From the human T2T-CHM13v2.0 reference genome, Homo sapiens, in NCBI RefSeq assembly GCF_009914755.1, contig NC_060934.1: a DNA stretch of 64,000 nucleotides. One strand, given 5' to 3'. Both the position numbers and the translations under genes were made by a program. Positions 12,831-27,496 of this stretch are shown piece after piece. The first letter of the stretch is position 1. Each line of letters opens with the position of its first letter. A model generated the notes under the pieces. It did not search any database and was not told the DNA's origin. It worked only from the letters and a program-made list of their open reading frames with translations.

Positions 12831-14974
12831 CCTTATGGAATTAAATCGACATGACTCATCTGCCCTAATTCTAGAGCCTGGGAATGTGACTAGTAAGCAA
12901 GTAAATAGATACATTTATATTTGTACACATACACACAAAGAGAAATATAGAACTTAAGAGACTCCTAATTTTGACTAATACAACACCTGTTGTCTTTGTA
13001 GCAGCCAGTGATTACTGCACATGCTCAATTCTTGAGTTTAATGGTAACACAACCACTCCTTTTTCTTTGAGGCTTATTTCAGAAACCAGAGTGGAAGGGA
13101 ACCTTTCTGTTGAGTTTATAATAGCAATTACAAGCTGATAAGGGCAAACCATTCATCAAAGGATCATACCTCGGGACTTTATCTCTTTGGGTCAAATGTT
13201 TCCTGATTGATATTGACTACCATATCTTAAGCAGCTTTGAACAGATAAGAAGCTAGGAAAGAAATTCCTTTGAAGGAGATTTGACAAAATTATATTTTCT
13301 GATTTTTTTTTCTTTCAGGAGGCAGATTAACTTCCCATTGTTCTTACTAAGAAGTACAAAGTTACCAAACCAATGAACTGAAGAAAATCTAGAAAAGTTT
13401 TCACGGGTAGATATTGATTGAGTTTCCACTAGAGACGAATGATCATCTGTATTGTTATTCTTTTCGGGTTCTGAAATGGCTTGGAAAGAACTTTTAAAAT
13501 ATCGAGAATGGCTCTGTACCAAAGACACTTAGGAATAGACAAGTATCTAAGAAAAGATAGCTACTTGATTACTACATATAAGTGCCCTACTGGAAGCAGT
13601 GCTATAAGTAAAAGTCTTGCAGGTTAAGTATAATTCGTTTTCGTAGAACATTATTTGTAGAAGCAATGTTTTAAAAGGTGGGGAGGGTAGGTTTCTCACC
13701 ATGGACCTGATAGCCAGCTTTTAATTGGAATGGCCATAAACATTGTAATTAATCAACTATGTACTCAATTATAAAGTATATAATTGCATTCTGAACAGTA
13801 AAAAGCTTCCGAAAGTGTATATAAATCAACTAAACTGGGCAATACAGTAACTGATCACATAAAATTATATTTAATGAGATGTGTCATCTATCACAGTGTT
13901 TTCCACACAGTTCTTATCTTACATCTTTGTGATTCATTTGTGCTTTATTTTTATTGCAACAAATCTCACAGTAAATAAACCTCTTTATCTTGGCCATAGA
14001 ATTCAGTGACATTACTTTGGGCAGATTTATAATGGGTATCTTTAAAGAGAGTTTGGAGACGGGGAGATGTGGGGTCATTTCTAATTGGCTTTCTGGAAAG
14101 GTGATCTGGATGTGTCTGTCTGCCTTTACTTATTATAAATTTCCCTATCACAAGCTTGGCTATTTGTACTTAACTTGTGGTCATGCTACTATATCCACAG
14201 TTGGCATCTGTTGCCTGGAAATTAGCTAGATGACCTACGTTTGTGTGCTTCCTGCGATAGCTGCTAGGTGTTACAAAAGAGGTGTAATTAGAAAAACATG
14301 CTAAATACAAATCACTCTTGATCAAGTCACTGCATGTTGAGAAGTATAGGTATAACTTGTGACCATATCATAGCTCCTTTATTTATGTAGTTTCTTCACA
14401 TTTTATGTGTACAATCAAGCATGCCTGCTGACCAAGGCCAGAGGTGGAGTGGAAGCGAAAAAAAAAAAAAAAAAAAGCTTATTTGCATTTTTAACTCTGG
14501 CAAATTGGAAAGATTTCCAAAATATTTTGATAAATATATTCCAAAATGGCTTTCACTGAGTGGAAGTTCAAAAGGTGTTCGTATCTGGTGAATACACACC
14601 AAAGACCTTGCAAATTCTGGCACATGCCTTGGGATGGATAATAAAGAAATAGCTGAGTAACTGCTACAGCTGTTAGCTGGCTTTCTAATAAGGTGGTGAT
14701 ACCACTCATTTACCACCCTCTTTCACTCTTTCAGTCGGGTTCAGATTCCAAGTGCCTTTTCCATGAGTGGAGTTAGATGCATGCTGAGTACTTATACCCA
14801 AGCCTTGTTGCAAGAAACACAACCATATGAAACAACTGACCAGGGCAGAACTGCCAAATGGAGTGAGCTGAAAACCTTCTCTTCCATCATCCTGAGAGCT
14901 CATGTGGTTATTTTGATCCCCCAGTTTCCTGTATTACCTATTAGCAGATATGTGTGGTGTGGGCAATGAGTGTG

Positions 14975-15170
14975 CTCATTTATTTATGTGTCCAACTGAC
15001 ATTTATTGATTACCAACTATGTAATTGTGTGTAGCCCCATGTGAGGATATAGGACTAGTACAATAAAGAACACAATCCAGTGCTAACCTTTGAGGCACTC
15101 ACATTCTAGTGGTGGGGGACCCTTGACTTAAGCAATTGTAACAGTATTTAAGTACTCCAATAGAGCTAAA
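14975..15170 (-). mobile_element. L2 3' fragment
   Basis: catttatttat...acatttattgattaccaactatgt...cactcacattctagtgg. Confidence 0.6.
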
Positions 15171-15908
15171 TGAATCCTTCTTGTCAGATTCCGTAGATAA
15201 AGGAATACTTTTTTAAAAAAATTATATTTATTTCCTTGAATATTTTACTGGAACTAATGTAACTGACAGACTGGCAAGTTGTACAAGTGACTAATATATT
15301 AATCCCACTCTTCCCTTCTGCCTTGTGGGATCGTCAAGTTGAGTCAGGGCTTAAAAATGGAGCTTGATGAGATTTGCTCTAAATATGTTGACTAACACCA
15401 CTTTAACCCCTAAACATCACATGCAAATTGATTATGTCTCTTTCACTCCTTTTAAAGACCCAAAGATGCACCTAGTTAATAACATGCTCTATGTCCTTAA
15501 TAAAGAGCAGGCTAATTAAAAATTGTTTGCTGGCTGAAAATGAATAAATGAAGAGTCATATATTAAAATAGGCAACTTCAGCCTGCAGAAGGAGCCAAAT
15601 AAAAGCTAGTGGGGAATGAAAGGAATATTTTGAGCCTTTTCCACCAAAGATGAAACATATGCATGACAAGTTGTATCACAGTGACAAGGTCCTGGGGTAA
15701 GAAGGCTCTTGACAGGACGGGCAGCCAGGGTTAGTTTCACCACCTCCATGATACAAAAGGAAACAGTCTTGTTTTCCTCTCTTTCTTCCTCCATCTCTCC
15801 TAGTCCTTCCTATCTGTCAAGCCCCATCTGGCCACAGCTCCACACCAGCCTCCTTGAATCTGTCCAACTCCTGGAGGCCTGCAACATGAAAAGTCTTCAC
15901 TGTAGTGA

Positions 15909-16250
<342 letters not shown>

Positions 16251-16399
16251 CCTCACAGTATCTCTTAAGAATAAAATGGTCCTTCCCTTGTGCTTTGTAC
16301 AGCCGGGCAGTGTGCACCTTTTTTAACTTCTTGCACTCGTTTCTTTCTCCCTTAAATATGAAACCCTGTGTATGTCCTTCCCAGAAAAGAAACCCCCTT

Positions 16400-16700
16400 A
16401 TCATTGCCTCACCCCTCAGTCTGGCCAATTTCTCCTTCTATTCTGGAGATCTCACCTTAAACATCACTTCCTCAAAGAGGTCTTCCCTGACATTCCAGTG
16501 AGTTCAGCACCCTTGTGATGTTTCTTACTCTCACCCTTTCATAACACTGATCCAGCTCACCTTGCTGCATCTCTCTTTTCCATGCCAAAACCTCAGCTTT
16601 ATGGGAGGAAGGAGAAAGGGCATCCTGGAAACGCCTTGTCCCTGGTGTGCATCTGCTTATCCTAGGTAGCCAGTGAATGTTGAAGGGATGGATGAGTTAA
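16400..16700 (+). mobile_element. L2 fragment
   Basis: catcacttcctcaaagaggtcttccctgac...gtgaatgttgaagggatggatga. Confidence 0.6.
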
Positions 16701-17139
16701 CTCTAAGTCACAGAAAACACACTTGATTCTGCGTCCCTGGAAAACAAGAATCCTATCTCATATTTCTTTGGTTTTGGTCACAATGCTATTTGGTGCCCAA
16801 GAAATATTTATTGAAAATAATTCTTAGATCTGTTGTGATATTTATCTCAGCTAGGAATGAGAAGAGTTTCCTTTAATGATGTGGGGGATAGGGAGAAGAA
16901 TGAACGAGCTTGGGCTTGTTTGCTTTCTTAGTTTGAAGCAGTTACGCAAGTACAAAAATACTAGTTTGTAGTATTGAGTGAGCAATCCTGTGTTAAGTGT
17001 GGGCCTGTTGTCACTGCATTCTGCTTTTCAGCCTCTCTCCTTCCAGGCCACTTTGTCTCAGGGAACAAAGTCTGTTCCCCTGTAGGGTATTGAGGCCCAC
17101 TGCTTTGTAGAGGCAGGGGACGCAGCAACAAGAAGATGA

Positions 17140-17660
17140 ACTCTGGATCTCAGTCTGCACTCATTGTCACTCACCACCTGTGTGCTCCTGGGCAATGACT
17201 CACCCTCTCTCAGCCTCAGTTTCCTCATTTCTAAATTGACAATCATGATACTACTCACTTCAAGGGGATATATTATATATATGAGGATTAAATGAAGTGC
17301 TGCACATAAAGCTCTTAGAAGGGGCTGGGCATGGTGACTCATGCCTGTAATCCTAGCACTTTGGGAGGACGAGGCGGATGGATCACTTAAGGTCAGGAGT
17401 TTGAGACCAGCCTGGCCAACATGGCGAAATCCTGTCTCTACTAAAAATACAAAAATTAGCCGTGCATGGTGGCGCATGCCTGTAATCCCAGCTACTTGGG
17501 AGGCTGAGGCAGGAGAATCACTTGAACCCAGGAGATGTTGCAGTGAGCTGAGATCACGCCACTGCGCTCCAGCCTGGGCAACAGAGCAAGACTCTGTCTC
17601 AAAAAAAAAAAAAAAAAAGCTCATAGAAGTACAGTACCTGGCATAAAATATTTGCAAGAG
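17140..17660 (+). mobile_element. MIR interrupted by an Alu
   Basis: ctctctcagcctcagtttcctcatttctaaa...tgaggattaaatga; continues acagtacctggcata after the Alu. Confidence 0.8.
17323..17618 (+). mobile_element. AluS (Sx/Sz-like)
   Basis: Full dimer; TSD aaagctcttagaag / aaagctcatagaag. Confidence 0.96.
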
Positions 17661-18755
17661 ATTTACAATACGCACCACAGCTAACCTAAATCAAGGGAGA
17701 TCTGCTCGCCTCCATCTGCTCTCCAAAACTGTTCGTGGGACACTTTGAGGTGGCAGTGAGTGCACAGAGAGGCCTAGGCTTTAGAATATCCAGAATATTG
17801 CAGAGCCACACTATTCTCACCTCCATTTTTTTATGTTCCGCCTCCTGTCCTGCAGCCCTAACCCTTATCCATGTCCACGTCATAGGGACTGCTCCAGTTC
17901 CGGGTATGCCATGCCTTCTCTTTATCTCTACTGCTCTCCAAAAGTCAGCTTGGAAGTTGAGAATTATATCTATCTATGTAGTATATTTTGTTCTCTGATA
18001 ACAACTTATTTTTTTCCTGTGGCAGAGCAATTATGCTCAGTATTTTTCCAAGTTAATTGCATAGAGAAGACATTGTCTTTGATTGGAATTAACCAAAATG
18101 AGAATATATAGCTAAGAAAGAGTAGGAAGACAATATTGGATCTAAGGCCAAGAATTAATAATTGTAGTAGCTAGTGCTTATATACTACTTATTATGTGCC
18201 AGGCACTGATCTGAGCTCTGAATCATTTCCCCTAATTTACAGATGAGGAAACTGGTTGTCTGTAGGAACCACAGAGTGGAAAGAGTATATAATCAGCCTA
18301 GTTTTGCCTGTAGGACTCCATCCTCATGGACATTTGTGTTGCTTCACTTAATATCCAGTAAAAGAGGGAGATCACCTCGTAACAAATTCTGCCCTTATTT
18401 AGTTCAGATTTTCGACTCAATGTATCAAAGTCAATATTAATGGACTCAATTAATCATGACATTGAAATATCAAAAACAAAGTGTGAGGAAAACACACTGT
18501 AAAGTGAAATCTATGTCTCCTTTAACGATGTGGGGGTAAGACGTACACAGAGCGTTTGGCTTTAGCAGAAATCTTAGTCTTTGATGTGGAAAATAGAAAA
18601 GTTCTTGTTGTTTCCATTTGGGTCAGAGAAAGAGATGATCGCCCTATGATAAGTTTATTGGGTTCTAAAGCTAGATGTAATAATTGACGAGCCACAAGCT
18701 GTCCTGCCCTGAGGATATGCAAGTATGAAATACACATGTCAGGAAAAATGCAGGG

Positions 18756-19087
<332 letters not shown>

Positions 19088-19597
19088 TAAGTAAGGAACC
19101 GCACAACAGGAAAAGCAGAATATATTTAATAAGACAAATCCCAGTTAGCCTAAGAGTGAGGATTTGTCATAAGACAGGGCTGCTTACATGGATGAGTGGG
19201 GGGCTGAAGATGGAAGATCTAAGACAAATAACTGTAAGTAAACAATTTTTGGTGAATCATCTTACTCCTTAACAGAAGCCAGCAACCCGTAGTGGCCTTC
19301 TTCTGGATAGCTGCTTAAGGAGGGAAATATTTTAAGTGTGGCAATGTCCTCAGTTTTAAACAAATTTTCCCCATTTTTGAAAATGATCACACAATTAATG
19401 CCTCTTGCATGTATTCAACAATAGTTGCCTAGCAACCACGAAGAAGTGTTTTTGGAGCGCAAAGGGTCTAAAAATGAATGAAGAACAAATACAGTACAAC
19501 TTGCAGCTGAAAATGACCGATTTTCTGATATCAGTTTCAAAGTACATCCCCCAGGAATCAGGCAAGGGCTATGCATCTTTAAGAGTAAAGAGGTTTG

Positions 19598-19884
19598 AGC
19601 TGGGTGCGGTGGCTCACACCTGTAATCCCAGCACTTTGTGAGGCCAAGGCAGGTGGATCACGAGGTCAGGAGATCGAGACCATCCTGGCCAACATGGTGA
19701 AACCCCATCTCTACTAAAAATACAAAAATTAGCCTGTCACGGTGGTGGATGCCTGTAATCCGAGTTACTCGGGAGGCTGTGGCAGGAGAGTCACTTGAAC
19801 CCAGGAGGCGGAGGTTGCAGTAAGCCACGACCATGCCATTGCACTCCAGCCTGCATGACAGAGCGAGACTCCGTCTCAAAAAAA
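19598..19884 (+). mobile_element. AluS (Sc-like)
   Basis: gatcacgaggtcaggagatcgagaccatcctggcc diagnostics. Confidence 0.95.
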
Positions 19885-20688
19885 GAGAGTAAATCTGATC
19901 TGGCATCTTTAGAGACCCACTGAAATGTCCTATTTGTCTTGGACACAGACAAAGAGGAAGAAAAGTCTAAACTACAAGAAGGACCTCTTAAGTGTAGATT
20001 GGTCCACTTTTCTGCCTTCCAGCAGGACTGCTTTCCAGCTAATCCCAAATGGTTGTGTAACTAATGGAGTTTTGAAAAACTCTTAAGAAGGAGGATTATA
20101 ACACCTTCTTTGGTAACTCTCTTTGGGATTTTGCAGCTTTTGGACTGAGACCACTTGGTAAAGACCATGGGTTAATCAAGGAACTAACCTCTTCACTGTA
20201 GGTAACTGACTTATACCATTGGTTGGCTTTCACAGTCAGCTTATTTGAAATGAAAAGACCTGAGAGATCTTTCAGATGAGAAGTCACAAGCTCAGGTGCC
20301 CAGAGTTGTCAGCAAAGACCCTAGCAGAAGAAGGGCAGTTGAAGCCTGTAAGAAATCAGGAAGCAGGAAACACCCATGCACGGTCTAAAGGAGCAGCTGC
20401 TTTTCAGCTCCAGTCTTCACTGTGTTGTAGGAATATGAGCCCAGAGTTGCCAGATCTCTCAACTCCTTAAGAAAAGCTAGATATACCTATTTTTCTGTGA
20501 AAACCTCATGATTTTCAATTGATGATAAGAAAAAATCATGCGAGCTAAACAAGCTATACCACTGGACAGATTTGGTCCAGGGACTGCCAGTTTATGACCT
20601 CCTCTCTTGTCTAATGAGCCCCTCATTTTACAGATGAGGGAACTGAGGCCTGGTAATAAGGATACTTATTCAAAATCAGTGAAAATGT

Positions 20689-20975
20689 AGCCGGGCGCAG
20701 TGGTGTGTGCCTGTAGCCCCAGCTAATCTGGAGGCTGAGGTGGTAAGATCGCTAGTGGCCAGCCAGGGCAACAAAGTGTAAGACTCTGTCTCTAAAAATA
20801 TAAAAATAAAAAAGTAGTCAGGTGTGGTGGCACACACCTATAGTCCCAGTTACTTGGAAGGCTGAGGTCGGAGGATTGCTTGAGCCCAGGAGTTCAAGGT
20901 TACAGTAAGTTTTGATCACACCACTGCACACTCCAGCCTCAGCAATAAAGTGAGACCCTGACTCTGTAAATAAAT
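20689..20975 (+). mobile_element. Old AluJ-type element with atypical, internally deleted first monomer, inserted in a MIR
   Basis: Two monomers; TSD aaatcagtgaaaa / aaatcaatgaaaa; MIR core cattttacagatgagggaactgaggc at about 20625. Confidence 0.85.
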
Positions 20976-21073
20976 CAATGAAAACATGAACTATTTAATG
21001 TCAGGAACTATATTGTCTTCTCTGTGCTACCCCAACTGGACTAGCACAGTGTCAGACATCTGATGGCAGTTTA

Positions 21074-21453
<380 letters not shown>

Positions 21454-21910
21454 TTAAATGTTTCATCTTAAATGACTCCTTTCTTTCCTTTTCTCCTAAG
21501 TGACCTACCCTAACTTCTATATAGGTAGAATTTGGTCTCCTATTTTGCCACCTAGGGGCTTGCTTAAAGTGAGATTTGATTAATAGGAATGTTCTACTGA
21601 AAACGCGAGAGCAAAAGCCTTCAACCCTCTATGGGGCCCAACCTTCCTGAAAGATAAGTTTGTCTATACTGGGAACCCTACGACCAACAGGTTGCCATTC
21701 TTCTTGGCCTACCAGATTAAATTCTGTTCAATTTGTTTTCTATTTATTGAGTTCCTGCAATGTGCTGAGGCTTGTGTATGGTGATTTCTAGATACAGGGG
21801 ATTCCAATGATTCCAATGAGCCTCGGGACTTAAGCATTGAATGGGGATTCTCCAAGCACATTTCAGAAACATTTAATGATTAATTTAGAGAATAAGGACA
21901 CTTGGCATAG

Positions 21911-21940
21911 TCTCTCTCTCTCTCTGTCTGTCACTCTCTC
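21911..21940. repeat. (CT)n-rich simple repeat
   Basis: Direct reading. Confidence 0.85.
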
Positions 21941-22339
21941 GCGTGCACTGTCTCTCATCCTGTTGAGGCACACTTTACTTTGTGGTAATTTCCTTTCTTC
22001 AGTTTTTGCCTTGAGATTTAAAGTTGCCTGAAACACAGAATCAATTATCACCAAGATAAGTTCTTCCTTTTGACAACCCAGTTATTGCCTCTATATTGGA
22101 AGACTTGTCAGCATAGACAACAGTTCAGGCTCTAAGGAAGTATACCAGATGCCTTTTGTCAAATAAGTAGCTTTCCTGCACTTATCTTTCTTCCTGGGCT
22201 CTACAAGGTGCTTACCTCTGTGCTAAGGGCCCAGGTGTTTCCAAAATGTCAGTAACTCTCCAACCAGCAAACTGCTGGTCTCTTGAAATGCTTGAAATGA
22301 TGTATTAATATTACTTCCACGTGTCCGTGCATATAATAG

Positions 22340-22590
22340 TGATAATAATGGTATTCACCATTTATTAGTGTCTTCAGTGTGCCAAATAATGTGCAAGCCA
22401 TGTTGTCTAATGTTACCTCATTGATACTCCTTACCCATCATAATCTTTCAAGATGGGCATATAATTCTCTTGACGAACGGTTAAATTCAGCCCGGAGAGA
22501 GATGATGACTTGCCCGAGGTCATATAGTTGCCTTATGTATAAAGTGAATACAGAGTTGCCTGCTCTCAAAGCCCGTGCCCTCTCTACTTT
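22340..22590 (-). mobile_element. MIR
   Basis: ataataatgg...catttattagtg...gtgcca...gatgacttgcccgaggtcatatag. Confidence 0.7.
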
Positions 22591-24066
22591 CTTATGAAAC
22601 TTGGGTCTCCAACAGCAATTTTGCCAACTTCACCAGTGCTGTGATGATGGAAGGAAAGATGACATATCTTTTTTCAGAAGGAAACTCAAGGGGCCATTTT
22701 AAATGGAGCGGATGGTTTTGCATGAGGCTATGTTTAATTTCGGGATGTCGTCCTTTTCTGGTGAAGATAATCAGACGTAATGTCATCTGCAACCTCTCTG
22801 TGTGCATGATTTCATAAAACTGGTATAGCAGTTTATTATTATAAAATTAGTATAGCATAGAACAAACCTGGGATGCAAGCCAGATGAAATAGACAATGAA
22901 TAGTTATATAAGGTTTTGGAAGCACATGTAGTAGAACACAAGCTCACTGTATTTTCTTCTCAATTGTCTGCTGTTTGTTAATGTTTCCTTTTCAACATGA
23001 TTGCATCTCAGTTTAATAGCACTTGCCATCTCAGGCTTTATGGTGCCAGGCCTGACATAGTTACATCCCCTCTGTGCTAAAAATATTGCATGTATATATT
23101 TAACCGCAGCTGACATGTTTAGCTAATGGGTTACTCAGGAGCTATGCGCTTATATAATTAAGTGATATATGTAATTTTGTGTTAACACATTTGCCATGTG
23201 TGTTTCCCTGGTGATTGCAACGCTTTATTCTGTGTAAAGTGTGACATTTTAATTCCCGCTGAACAATTTCCTACCTTGATTTGCCTTGTTTTTGTGGCAG
23301 GGGATTATTTTGCAATCAAGATAAAAGCATTATTTATGAAATTTCTAGGCTATCCCATTACTGGGAACTTTGAACTGCAGATCAATCTCCTATTTTATTG
23401 ATCTTTGTTAAAAATCTTTATTGGAATTTAAATGTAATCTCTACATTACAGATTTGCTCAGACTTTCATCGGTAGGCACATTTTTTTAGGCAGCTCTGCA
23501 GAGATGGGGTTCCTTAAAAAAGGAATCCTCACCAGGCAGTCTGCCATCTTCCCCAGGGAAATTTTTTCTCCTAGGTGTTGCTGACTTTTTCTTGTTGTAG
23601 GGGCTCTCTAGGAGAGCCAGTAGCCCGGTGGGCTTGAGAGTCTTGGCAAAACAGGTGAGATCTGTGTGTCCACAGACAAGGTGGGTTTCTGTTAGGTATT
23701 TAGGTGTTTGACAATAGCTGGGTCTCAGAGTTACACAGTGGGCATTACAATGTGGGTGTATATGTCTTCCCCTTATTAATGGTGATGGTGACCTAGGGAA
23801 GGTGCTGGAGATAGGAAGGTGAACCATCAAGGATAGCCTAGCCACCTGGCCCTCTTTAGCGGCATTTATGTTCTCCAGTGGGATGAGCAGTCAGTGCAGT
23901 TTAACAAACATTTACCAGACTCTACTAAGTAGTACCAGACACTGATTTCAAAACATGACACAGAGGGAGGCATTTGTTTAGTAAACGTTTATTGAACACC
24001 TACTATAATGATGCTACAGTGATCAAGACCAACATAATCTCTTTAGACTGTGGTAAGGTACACTAA

Positions 24067-24768
<702 letters not shown>

Positions 24769-27480
24769 AAGGAAGCTTTTAAGCGAGGAGTTAGGGCAGG
24801 AGGGAGAAAAGCTAAAAAAGAAAAGGTATCGATGTCAGAGGAAGCCCAGGAACAAAGGCACACAGGTATAAAGCTGTGTAATGTGCTTGGGACCTCTGAG
24901 GCATGAGTTACTGCTAGAAGGTGAGGACGATGCTCCCTAGCACAGTGGCCTGTGGTCCATTTCTTCTTGATCCCAGAGGTCCTGAGTTCCCAAAGCCCTT
25001 CCTCACCCCCAGGAGGGCTCCTTTGTTTTTTCAGCCCAGCCTAACAAAAGCAAGCAGGTGGCGGTTGTTGACGCCCAATGCCAGAGCACTTTCCTGATGG
25101 CTTTGCAAGTGTTTTGCTGCTAGTACCTCACATTTGGGTCTGAGCAAACAGCTGGGAGTATGGTGCACAGAAGTCCTGCCAGAAGGACCTGCGCTTCATG
25201 CACTCCAAGTGAGCTTTCTTGCTTGTATGTTTTGGCATATGAACACAGTGGGAATGTCCTTGTCAGCTCCCATTTGACTTTATTAATTACAGTTCCTTGG
25301 AAAGTGTGTTTCAGTAACATGGTCTTGGGATGACAGGGCTCACCCTGCAGAGACCCAAATGGAGGTATTCAGGGCCCATTGAAAAGCCATCTGCTGCCAA
25401 GGCTCTGCTGCTGATCTCATGCAACAGAAACCAGAGTCTGTCGCAGCTCTGCTACTCACTGGGTGACTCTGGGCGAGTGGCAGGCTCTCTGGTCCTGTCT
25501 TTTCTGATGTGGAGAATGACTAGCTGGTGCCCGAGGTTTTCCTAAAGCTATGGAATTCCATCATTTTATAAATGACTCCAATGACGAATCCTACTGGCAT
25601 AACATCTATGGTTTCACCAACTCTTAGCAGTGATCTTTGGTTCCAGATTCATGTGAAAAGCCAAGAACCGCTTTCCACAATTTGTCTTGTCATGACTCTC
25701 CGGCTCCATATTTTAAGAAGCAGTCTACACTAGCCCTTGAATCTAGACTCTAATTTTTTAAGATACAAAGGAAATCATTAAGCCCCGGAATATTAGTAGA
25801 ATATACGGCAATATGGATCAAGTAATCCAAAGTATTAGCAATGTTGCAAGAGGCTGTCACCTAGCAGCTCTGTATTATGTTTCCAGGCCCTCCCCCACTC
25901 ATTTCCCTGAGCCCCGAGGCTGTGGTTAATAACGTCAAAAGAATGTTTTAAAATTGCCCTTCTGTTGATTCCAGAGAGTTAGGGCCCTCACATGGTTAGA
26001 GTCCTGGGCTAAGAGTCAAATTCTAAATTTAATTCCAGCCTCTATGAACATCTTAGTCCCATATTTCCTCACCATTTAGAGATGTTTCAGTTTTCCCATC
26101 TGCGAAATCGGCATAAGATGCCTTGCTCCACAGAAATACTTGTCAACAGCTTTGCCGTACACAAAGATTGGCATTGTATTGGGGCAAAATATCATTTTTC
26201 ATTCCATAATAGGAATTAAACAAAAGCCCTTTGAGAACGCACCTTGTGTAAACGCCCTGTGCTTAAAAGCCTGTGAATTTCAGAGGTCAGCAAAAACCGC
26301 CCCCCTTCTTTATTATTTTTCTTAAAGCTAAACAAGGGTAACTAGGGAATTCATTTTGGAATATAAAGACATGAAAGAAAGGGTATTTCAGCTTGCACAA
26401 TAGTACAAAGAAGAACAAGAGTTGTCATGTTTTGCTAAAGAACTCCCAGCTGTTTAATTTTATAGTAAAATTACTTTAAGAACTTTGCTAATTCAAAGAC
26501 AAAATCAAACAACTGTTGTTGCAAAACTGAACTTCCACATTTGAGTGGAAAAGCCAATTTGAGATTAATCTGCCCCTAAAATCATATTATAAAAATACAG
26601 AGCATTTCTGTAATGCTGGTTGGAGGAGTGGCTTTTATCTGAAGAGAAGACACATAAAAGAGAAAAATGGTACATTTACTGGTAGTAAGATTTAAAAAAG
26701 TAGTTTATGTTCTCATGTACTTTGCCCTGACTTCTCCCCCAGCTTTCTCTTAAGCTCTTCAGTCTGTTTTAATACCAGGTTTGTTTGCTTTCTGGGGATG
26801 GGCCTGTTAGGCAGGAAATTGTTGAAAGGCATACAGCAGAAATTTTAAATGGTGTTTTTAAAAGATAAATACCCAATTGGGTAACTGACTATTAAATTTG
26901 GAGTTCAGAATTTTTTAAAATTTTATTTTTAGACAATATAGAAAGATAAATTCTGTACCTATACTTGGTTCTATAAGTCCCACATGTTGCCTATTGTCAG
27001 AAACAAACTGTTCCTTATTTAAAAAAAAAAAAAGAAAAGAAAAAAAGCCAGTTTTTCTTCCATATTAGGGAATTATTCAGACTTCTTTCCTTGGTTCCTA
27101 TAATTCCAAACCAGTTGGAACATCAGTCTATTTTTGGTTTAAAGGAGCTTTTAAAATGTGAGCATGATTTTTTTAAGTTTCTAAATCTCATAAAAATCAA
27201 TTTGCCACATATATAGCAGCTATGGTTGTAAATATAGTGAAGTCATTGTATTGCAGAAAGACAAAGTTCTAATTTCCATATTACAAACCCCACCTACCCC
27301 ACCTTGTCCAATCTCCACATAAGAGGGCTGAAAATGTAAATTCTAAAACATATAAAACAACATAAGGTTGTCATTTGTGGCTGTTTCTATCCAAGATGAA
27401 TGTTGTCACCTGTATTGGAGTAAACTCTTTTGTTAGTTTCTGCGGGTTTTTTTGGTCGTCCCACCGCATCCCATCGACTC

Positions 27481-27496
27481 ACCACGAGAGGGCAAT
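27481..27496 (+). promoter_or_regulatory. Candidate CTCF binding site
   Basis: ACCACGAGAGGGCAAT matches the CCASYAGRKGGCRS core closely; sits in a small CpG-retaining patch. Confidence 0.6.

Noticed and set aside
13253-13528. Possible processed-pseudogene fragment
   Set aside because: No frame gave a recognisable protein and there is no poly(A) tail or TSD; a BLASTN/TBLASTX search would be needed
17058-17678. 206-aa minus-strand ORF
   Set aside because: Translation of an Alu plus MIR ([27 protein letters not shown]); a classic artefact
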